Part shown: positions 52,905-64,000 of the stretch, one piece after another
How the letters are laid out: each line of letters starts with the position of its first letter
How positions within the stretch are numbered: the stretch's first letter is position 1
DNA from: the human T2T-CHM13v2.0 reference genome, Homo sapiens
Direction: 5' to 3' (one strand)
Length of the DNA: 64,000 nt
Assembly (NCBI RefSeq): GCF_009914755.1
Contig: NC_060932.1
Position numbers and translations under genes: made by a program
Notes under the pieces: generated by a model
Databases searched by the model: none
Told to the model about the DNA's origin: nothing
What the model saw: only the letters and a program-made list of their open reading frames with translations

Positions 52905-55116
52905 AAGTTTTCTTTACTAATTGCCTGATCAGCGAAATGGGGACAGTGAGTTCTCCACTGCTCTTGAAGATGGATTGTGGAGGAAGGGCCTCTTAGGTTT
53001 CAGAAATGTATTGGAAACCCATCTGCTTTTAGCAGCGACCTAAGTACTAATCATAAAAATCAATAAGCCCTAAGTGATCTGGGTCCTGCGCACCTCAGAG
53101 AATGCCACTTTTCCCTAGGAACTCTCTCAGCACTTGGTATCCTTTTTAAAAATGGTGTGATGGTCAGGATTGATTAGGAAGCAAGGAGAACAAGGGAGAG
53201 AGCAACACGTGATCATCGAGAACGTAAGCTCTGAAATACTTCAGCGGAGGAGCGCTGGCATCCCCATGAATCATACGCTGATTTACATACTTGAATGTTT
53301 TGTTAATTTTTGCATTCAAATTTCATGATCTGTCTGGGAAGCTGCGGCCTTGTATACCCGGGGATATCACCATCAGGTGACTGAACACTAAGATCAGCCC
53401 TCCATGGAGTTTCTCAGAGGAAGAAAAGCCACCTGCTTTGTGTACAGTGGCGAGCTCACACATGGCTGTTCTGAAGACAACTTACTTAATTTGAGAGTAT
53501 TGTTTCATATTTTAGATTTTCTTTGTTTGGTAGCTGATATGGCTGCGGTCTGTCCCTCAGGAAAACTAAGCCGCTGATCTGGAGTCGGCACCTGGGCTGC
53601 TTGACGTAGAATTGGGCCAACGACAAATTATGGAGGTGCCACCTCTTCCCCAAGGCACACCCAGGCCCCGATGGCTTCAGGGGCAGTTCTTCCCAGCAGG
53701 CACTACCCAATCAGAACAGAGCAGTAACTCCATCTCATTTACTCAAATACTGAAAGTGAGAACACTGAAAGATACACAATGCGTAGATCCTGCCAGCCCT
53801 GCAGAGCGTGACAAACAGAGACACGGCTCACTCTGCCCTCTACCTGAACAGTCATCTTAACCTTGAGGAACCTCACATGCTCCCCCCGCAACCCCACCTA
53901 TTCTGATCCCACTGTCCTGAGACAGGGACCTCAAATCGCGCTGGGATGGAACAGGCTCTGCTTCAGAGGGAGCAACCAATGCAGATGCTAAACTGGGTAC
54001 CACGCGCTTCCCTCCTCCAGCTGACGCCTACGAATCTCTGCGGAAACACTCCACTGGAATTACTCACTCGATTTTTCTCCTGCACTACAACCTCCATCCT
54101 CTTGACAGAGGTGAAAAGTGTGGTTCAGGGTCCGGCTACACACACTGTTCCCCAGGGACAACGCAATGACTATCTTCCCAATATGTTGTATATGCTTAGC
54201 TGTCCTAGAGTTATCCTCCCTTTACTAAAATGTTGGGGTAGATTAAAAAAGAAAAAAAAAAAAAGAAAAATGAAGCAACCCAGTTCAATGTACTTCACAG
54301 GGAGATGAACTCAGGACCATGGACTAAAAAGGACTTCGCAGGAAACCTCTGGCTCTCTCAATAGCTCAGGTCTAAACGTGAAAGAGTATGATATCCCTGT
54401 TTTACTTCTCCTCCAGTAATCTACACCCCTCCACCTGAAATCGAAAAAGATAAATCTCTGATCTGTCTCCAACATCCTGCATGTCTACCACACTTCAGAA
54501 TCAGCCATGATACAGTTACACAGAGGGAAGCTGGCTTTGTTTTGGATCCTTACCCAGCTTTACTGCCATTAGGGCACATTTGTCCTCACCGGCAGACTCA
54601 AAGAGATAAAATCCTAGTCGATACTGAAGTCACTGGTAGGCAGCACCATGCTCAGGGGCAAAGTGGACAAAGTAAGAACGCCGGAGGCTCCGGGGAGGGC
54701 CTGACTTGGTCCCCAGGGACCCATGCAGTTTTTCCCACTCCTGCTCCTCTGCCAGATACGGATTCTTTGGGTTTTCTGGGAATGAGTCTGGTTTTGATCA
54801 GGAAAGTGACAAAAAGGTAAATAACGAGAAGTGCCAGTGACATTTCGGGTCCAATGGTAGCTTTCACTGCAGCTGGAAGAGGAGTGACTCATGCTTGGCA
54901 TCTCCTCCCAGGGCTGCGTGAAACCATCACGGCTTTCAGGAAGGCGATGGAGCCAACACAAAATTCAATTCTGCTAACTGGGTATTTGTTCATGCTATTG
55001 ACTAATCTTAATTTCCTCAAAAACTCCAATCAAAAGATGACAAACATACAACCTTATTGACTTCTTAAAAATAAAATTTCTCCTAAAATAACTTTGGAAA
55101 TAAAAATGATTTTGTC

Positions 55117-55592
<476 letters not shown>

Positions 55593-56129
55593 TCATTATA
55601 CCTAGAGAAAATATCTGTACAATAATGATGAAACACACGATAGCAATAAATAGAAACACTACTTCCATCAGGGATCATATTTTATATTTTTAATTGAAAG
55701 ACTTATCCCAAGAGTGATTTATTTTAGGCCCTATGGTGAATTTCGCATTTGGAATAGTTAACAAAACTATTTTTTAAGATTAATTAGTTCATCAATTCAA
55801 TCTTGGTGGAGTTCAGCAAAAACAATTCCACTTTTCATATGTAGGGGCATCGACAAATAGAGGAATGGAAAGCAGGCTGGCCTCATTCCAAGTATTATTA
55901 GACCAAACTATGAGTTCCTCTTTAGAACCGAACCACTTTCCTCTCGCCTCCCACGTCCTCACTAAGTTACTCGGGGACCCCAAGGAACCAAGAACGAAAA
56001 GTAGGAAGGTCCAGAAGCGTTAACACAACTGTGAGACATCACAGTTACTTGCCTAATACGATTTGTCTTGCTAATCCCCAGCCCTGCACGGAAGGCACCT
56101 TGCACAGGCACACAATGAGCCCTGCAGCG

Positions 56130-56885
56130 TTGCACCTGAAATGGTCTCCCCCCATCCTCACCCCATGCTGTCTCCGAAGCATGTGGATGGAGTCCTTCCT
56201 AAAACACTCCTCCCCTGGACTTCTGAGACTCCCTTGGCCCTGTCTTCATTCCTCCCTGGCGCCGCCACCTCAGTGCACCTCAGTGGCCCTAAGTGTCACC
56301 ACTGCCTCGGCGCTCCCCAGCCAACCCCGCCCCACACTGTCCCCACTATCCCCTCGGGCTCCCAAACCTGGCTTCAACTCGGACACCTGAGACCCTCGAA
56401 AATGGAACTGAATCATTTCCTCCCCAAGCCTGCCCTATAGTTCATCTCTCGGACCTATACACTGCTGTCCAAAACCCGATGTCACCCAAGTCCCCTCACT
56501 CCAGCCCGTCACATACTTGGCCTCTGCAGGATTCTAGAGTACCCCTCTCCAACCCATCTGTGTCTCTCGTCATCTCTCTGGCTATTTCTCCCCTAACCGG
56601 TCCCTCCACTCTCCAACTCAAAACCATTTTTCCCCACGTTTGCATTGATAACTGCATACATTTGTACCATATAGTTTCCTAATGCAAAATTACACACCAC
56701 AGCTAGGGACGGGGTGGGGCTCAGCTGGACCATTAAAACAAACTTTTTAATTCACATGTGGTCATATTACTGCTCTGTTTTCAAGTCCTTCCATGGTGTC
56801 CAACTCCCCTGCCATTCCTTGGGACATGACGTCAAGATGCCAAAAATAAGGCCCCGCCTCTCTGGGTTCTGCCCACAGACTCCCT
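56130..56885 (+). mobile_element. L2 relic
   Basis: C/T-rich diverged L2 ORF2-like sequence (aaaatggaactgaatcatttcctccccaagcctg; tcaagtccttccatgg). Confidence 0.5.
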
Positions 56886-56889
56886 CTAC

Positions 56890-57425
<536 letters not shown>

Positions 57426-57739
57426 CTGTACACTCTGAGCTTGACTCCCACTGCATGTACTGTCAAGAACACAGCAACCTGGTTCATCCCCAAGCCTTCG
57501 TTCACACAGATCCTTCTGCTCACAGTGTTCCTTCAGCTCCTTTCCTGCCTGTGTGGACCTCAGTGTCATCCTTCAGGGGGAGGCTTAAGAATGGCCTCTG
57601 CCCTGCAGCCTCCTGTGAGTCCTGTGTGAAGCCAGTGGGGGGTCCATGCCCTCTGCCATGCCCTGGCTGGGTTCTAATAGCATCTCTGCTCCTTTGTCCT
57701 ATTTTTCTGGTGCACGTGAGGGACAGTACTTTTCTTTGA

Positions 57740-58231
<492 letters not shown>

Positions 58232-58506
58232 TAAGATATTTTACTTACATTAAAAAGTCACGTACAATCAATTTTCAAAAACTCTGCTCTCTTCAGGTAA
58301 TCACAACTGATGCTAAGCTACAGCTAATCAAACCTATCACTGGCAGAGTACAAACAAGCATTAAACTTCAGCACACTTACAGAAACCCGTGTCCATGCAG
58401 GGCTCCAGTGAACGGATAAGCTGGACAGCAATTTGTATGTCTACAAACATATACATGTATCATAGTGTAGGCAAACTACTAATAATCTAGATCTTAAAAG
58501 AGTCTA

Positions 58507-58835
<329 letters not shown>

Positions 58836-59362
58836 TTAATCTTCATTGTTCTTAAGTTTTTATAAGGGAAATGTCAAACATACACAAAAGCACAGTGTAG
58901 AATAATTAACAATTGGAATAGCACAATGAACTCCACTCAGCTTTAAGAATTATCATGAAGCAGCCAATCTTCTGTCTCTGTCACGCTGCCTCGTAGATTT
59001 GAAAACGACTCCCTCACATCAGACCATCTCATAAGACCACAGCCACTACTGACCTCCTCAAGGGCTGCAAATCAACATGGGGCATGCTGCACACAGATGG
59101 CAGTACCAACATCTAACCAGACCCCTCAAAAGTGACAGGCACAAACTACGATGTGTGGTGCCCAAGTAAGACAGTTTCAAGGAGTGCTAACCTTTTTGAA
59201 AAAGAATGAGTTCTCCATGCTTAAAACTCTGCTAAACAGGGAAGGCTCTATTACACATAAATAAATTCCAGCGAATAAAATTTCCGTTCCCTTGTTTTTC
59301 TTTCTTCTCGCAAATAATGTTAACTTTTAGATATAATTTTCTTATTCCTCCTACATTTTTCA

Positions 59363-59704
<342 letters not shown>

Positions 59705-59719
59705 CTAATTTGAAGTTTC

Positions 59720-60016
59720 TTTTTTTTTTTTTTTTTGAGACAGAGTCTCGCTGTTGCCCAGGCTGGAGTGCAGTGGTGCGATTTTGGCTCACTGCAGGCT
59801 CCGCCCCCCGGGGTTCACACCATTCTCCTGCCTTAGCCTCCCGAGTAGCTGGGACTACAGGTGCCCGCCACCTCGCCTGACTAGTTTTTTGTATTTTTAG
59901 TAGAGACGGGGTTTCACCGTGTTAGCCAGGATGGTCTCGATCTCCTGACCTCGTGATCCGCCCTCCTTGGCCTCCCAAAGTGCTGGGATTACATACGTGA
60001 GCCACTGCGCCCAGCC
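59720..60016 (-). mobile_element. AluY (Ye-like), full length
   Basis: gcaggctccgccccccgggg and cacctcgcc variants; TSD tgaagtttctttt at 59711 and 60017. Confidence 0.93.
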
Positions 60017-60295
60017 TGAAGTTTCTTTTCTGACAGAAATAGGAAGGAAATTTAGACAGAAGTACGAGCTTTAGCAGAAAAATTGTTTTTCAACCCCAGT
60101 AGTCAGAGTCTAATAAACCTTATTTTAATTGGCAAATTAAAAGAAATGAACTCTAAAACACTTTCAAGTAAGTTTCACATAATACAGATGAGTAGAGGAA
60201 ATTCTGGCTTGCAAAAATAACCTGAGATTTGAGAAGATGAAAGCTGAATGGGAAATGGGACTTAAAACACTGATAGAAATAGTTAAAACACCTAC

Positions 60296-60349
60296 CTTGT
60301 TGCTGCCTAGACTGTATGATGGAATGAGATCTTGTCGGCTTCCAGACAA
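60296..60349 (-). CDS. KIF13B: KIF13B exon 35 (54 nt) LSGSRQDLIPSYSLGSNK
   Basis: Acceptor ttcttcttcag|TTG with branch ACTAAC; donor AAG|gtaggt; phase 0-0. Confidence 0.95.
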
Positions 60350-61590
60350 CTGAAGAAGAAAGAAAGGGGGGTTAGTTATTTATGCATCAGAGCATACACG
60401 TGGTCTAGGCAACGCCAGTCTTTGCCAACCCAGTCAACCGAACGTCAAAGTTGGGTGGCAGCAGAGAGGTTGTCATGACGAAGGCTGCACACTAGTGGTC
60501 TTTGGGACATTACAAACATTGAATTGGTTATGAACAATTTTCAGATGAGAGATTTCTATAAGATCTGGATATTCAGTTCACACTGAGGTCACAACCGGCT
60601 GGACCTGAACAAGAGATGTCGCGTTGGGTGAGCCCTTCTGTGTGAAAGATACCAGGTTACTTGTTATCTAACCATGGCCTGAGCTTATGATTCCTTTCTC
60701 TTGGTATCTGTAGCAACTGTAAATAAACTCACAAACTATTTAAACTATCAGATCCCAAACACTGAATCTCTGCATATGTCAGTGTATTTTAATATATCAT
60801 TTTCTGAATAAATGAGACGTTATCCGCCTTGAGTTAAAGTGATCTTCCTAAATGTCTGAGATGGTTGGTGGCATCCAGCGTGAAACTCCTCCTATCACTC
60901 TCTCTTCTCTCTCAGACACTAAGGCCAAGGTCAGCTGCCCTTTCTCACAATGCTTGTGCTGTAACTTCTCTTGGTGTGAAGTTAGGAGGAAAGTATCATT
61001 TTTCATATCCACATCTTCATCAAAAATGAGGAAAAGAGTAATCAAGCGGCCAAGAGCCTATTTCTTTGTGAAGGATTATTCCCATGTTCAATATGCACAT
61101 AAATTATATATAGGTTTTTAAAAACAACAATAAACTGAAGCCACTGTTATGAAACAACCCCATGTATCTGACGCATGGACACCACCCTGGCTGTCTTGTG
61201 AACAACTGGTTTGTGAACCTGGTCCAGACTCCTCCTCAACTTAAAAATAATCTAAGCCCAGAAAATGGCATTGGCTTGCCATAGGCCCGTGGCTAGTTTG
61301 GGTTTAGTTCCACAAACATTCACTGAACACCTCAGTCTATGCTAGGCAGTGGTGATCGGAAGATAAGAAACACCTGAAAGGTACTTAACTGCTACTTCCC
61401 CTATAATATTAGTAGGAACAGGGGCAGAGGTGCACAGACCCAGTGGGGTGGAGACCAGGGGCCCTGACATCAGTCCTGGCAAGGGAAGGGTTTCGGAGAT
61501 GGGGTTTGACGGGTGGAGAAGAGTTACCCAAGAAAAGAGGAGAGGAGAGAAGTCCCAGGCACAGCACAGAGCTTGGTTCCACACACTCAC

Positions 61591-61668
61591 TCTGTTCACA
61601 TTTGGAGAACTGATACTCCTCCTGCTCAACTTTCCTTTTCCTGTTAACTGTTCCTTCACTGCAACTTC
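61591..61668 (-). CDS. KIF13B: KIF13B exon 34 (78 nt) EVAVKEQLTGKGKLSRRSISSPNVNR
   Basis: Acceptor tcacag|GAA, donor AGA|gtgagt; phase 0-0. Confidence 0.95.
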
Positions 61669-61789
61669 CTGTGAATCAGAAAACATACAGAGGAAAAAGA
61701 CATGTAAGAGACACACTGCAAAAGCAACACCATGTACAGCAGACTTGCAACCCCCATCTATACAGACATTCCTAGCTATTTAAACAATG

Positions 61790-61898
61790 CTGTTACGTGA
61801 TTATTACGTACTGCATGCCTGTATCAAAACAGCACATGAGCTCCATAAATACATACATCTACTATGTACCCATAAACAGACTTTTAAAATTAAATAAA
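61790..61898 (+). mobile_element. L1MA-type 3' end fragment in a short KIF13B intron
   Basis: gattattacgtactgcatgcctgtatcaaaac...ccataaatacatacatctactatgtaccca. Confidence 0.8.
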
Positions 61899-62074
61899 GG
61901 CTGTTACTTTGTAAGACAGAATGACCCAATTACAATCACTCTGGATTATTCAAAGTTCATTAGAGTGAACTCTTCAAATGTTAGGTGCAACAACACTGTG
62001 AATTACAGAGTCAAACACAGACTCAGCCTGCATCAGGGCCTCTGCTGCCCGCCCTATCCATGCGGTTGGCTAAC

Positions 62075-62227
62075 CTGGCGCAGACGATCTAAAGTCAGGA
62101 GGTTTTCTACAGCCAGCACGCTCCTGAGGTACTTTTCAATATAAGCCTCCGAGTCAGCAGAAGCTGGGTTTTCAACATTGGCTGCCATTCTTGCTAATGC
62201 TTCCCGTTCTTCCACTCCCTGGGCATC
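62075..62227 (-). CDS. KIF13B: KIF13B exon 33 (153 nt) DAQGVEEREALARMAANVENPASADSEAYIEKYLRSVLAVENLLTLDRLRQ
   Basis: Acceptor gctcag|GAT, donor CAG|gttagc; phase 0-0; KIF13-type YIEKY...LDRLRQE motif. Confidence 0.96.
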
Positions 62228-62266
62228 CTGAGCAGTGGAAAGTTATACATTATAAAAGCTTCTTGA

Positions 62267-62309
62267 TGTACACACACACACGTACACGTGTGCACACACA
62301 GACACACAG
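62267..62309. repeat. Imperfect (CA)n/(TG)n tract
   Basis: tgtacacacacacacgtacacgtgtgcacacacagacacacag. Confidence 0.85.
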
Positions 62310-63052
62310 AACGTATTCTAAAATTCCATTTTAAAGTCAGCTTTGGAACGCCAAAGCATTTTTCCAAGGAAATAATGAAAAGGTGATTAGGTGACTAGGT
62401 CCACTTGAAAGGCTGGTTAATTTAAACACAGCACAGCTGAAACACAGCGCATTCTCAACAAAACTGTTCTCTACTACATTCCCACTACAAAAAACCCATG
62501 ACTGGTTAGAAAGGATTTTGTCGACTAGCCAGAAATGTAACCACCGTAAAAACAATTCAGGAACATTACCCCCGCCCTGGAACTCCTGAGGGACAGAGAA
62601 AGGGAAGAGGGGCTGGGGTGACTGCTACACAGCGTAGGAATCAAACTGCCTCCCAGGGAGGAGGCCCGGAAGGGAGAAGATAGTGGACATAGGGTTTCAG
62701 CGCCTGCCACCAAGCAGCCCAGGGTAGCTGACATATTCAGAACATGGCAGCTTCTAGAATTGGTTCAATCTTCTGCTCGAGTGGCAGTGGCCAAAGGCCT
62801 GGAGCCGACCAAGGAGAGGTTATCTAGGTAAGTTCTCCTACACTGAGCTTTCTGGTATAGCCCATCCCCAATCCTGGGATGTGAGCTGGCTGTGCATACA
62901 AATGGGAGGTGCACAGTCAGAAAGAGGCTTTATTAATGTATTTAGTTATTTCAAGCAAAGTGGGCTCTTAACAAATTACTGTTCTCAGGAAAAATCAGAT
63001 ACTTTATTCACTTGTAAATTTCTTATAATAATGCCAAAACTACAAAATGTAT

Positions 63053-63224
63053 AACCATATGCCACTGCATCTTAAATGCCATCAACTGTAAGACAAAATA
63101 TTTTAAACAAGATTGAGGGGAAAACAAACTCTGTTAATTTTAAGATACCATCAATTATAAGACACATTCTACTTCAAAGATACTTTTAAAAATTTAAATG
63201 AGTCTTAGAACAGATAAAATGTGG
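63053..63224. mobile_element. MER96B-like DNA transposon relic
   Basis: gccatcaactgtaagac...accatcaattataagacaca...gtcttagaa motifs. Confidence 0.5.
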
Positions 63225-63289
63225 GAGGATTTGTAAGACGGCTTAAGTTCACAAAAACTTTTGTCTTGTACAGTAATTCATCTGAGCCT

Positions 63290-63420
63290 CGTAATAACCA
63301 TGAAAAGAAGGAATCATCCTCATTTCCTAGATGACAAGAGGAAGACCACACAATTAGCAAGAGTCAAAACTAGAACTTAGGTCTCCCGTCTCCTGGTAGG
63401 GTATTCTTTTCACCCCAACA
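63290..63420 (-). mobile_element. MIR fragment
   Basis: catcctcatttcctagatgac...actagaacttaggtctcc. Confidence 0.55.
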
Positions 63421-64000
63421 CAGAATACTTTCAGGGTCTGGAGGGAACAGATATTATCCTAATTTTATAAGGAGAAAGAAATTGTCTCTGGCCTGGGCCA
63501 CTTCTTTTGGCCATGATGCCCTAATGGCTTCTGTGATACAGAACCCAAGCAACTTTTGGGGCTTTTTCATGATGAAACTTGCCTATTAAGGGATCTTTTT
63601 ATTTTGTTTTTAGATCTAGTCTTTACACAATCAGCTTTATGTTTCATTTTGCCTTTATCATCAGGATTTGATAATGTGGAAACAATGTTTGCCAGCTTGG
63701 ATGTTTAGCTAACTAACAGCAAATTCACATGAGGTTATGTTTATCTTCAAGCTGATCCCCCCTATATTTCTTTCCTTTTAAAACCCTATCGCCTGGAGAA
63801 TAAAAGCACTTTTTTTAAAAGGCATAAGAAACTAAGTGGGAGAGAAGGAAAAGGGAGGGGAAATGGAGAGAGAAAAGGAAGAAATGAAAGCAGTTTCCTA
63901 CAGCCATCACCGTTTCTCAACTGCATTCAAGCGATTTACAGAGACAAGATCTGAAACAACTGGAAAATATAGAAAATGTTTAGATACACAGAGTAAACAG

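Overview
Human (or very close hominid) genomic DNA covering the convergent 3' ends of two genes, recognised from spliced translations. On + are the last exons of HMBOX1 (penultimate coding exon 1121-1215, last coding exon 3185-3322), followed by an Alu-free stretch ending in a poly(A)-signal cluster at ~16.9-17.1 kb. On - are the last eight coding exons of the kinesin-3 gene KIF13B (62227 down to the stop at 22666, including the CAP-Gly domain), with a ~3.2 kb 3'UTR ending near 19450. All eight KIF13B exons have GT-AG ends and join in one open frame. From 24.5 to 60 kb the KIF13B introns hold ~30 Alus, an old fragmented L1, L2/MIR/CR1 relics and hAT-Charlie relics. A TSD-flanked, 3'-truncated 5S rRNA retrocopy lies in an HMBOX1 intron. 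Nearly all ORFs in the supplied track are spurious. I found no support for a wholly new biological system. The best leads are RNA-processing features: a re-splicing-competent CAG|GTAAGA junction inside the KIF13B CAP-Gly motif, a candidate intronic terminal exon giving CAP-Gly-less KIF13B, several alternative HMBOX1 C-terminal exons, a possible ~13.7 kb HMBOX1 3'UTR, a nearly abutting inverted Alu pair, and a small local duplication that can be ordered by its Alu insertions. Repeat subfamily calls are by eye and need RepeatMasker/Dfam confirmation. KIF13B exon numbers assume a 40-exon gene, as I recall it.
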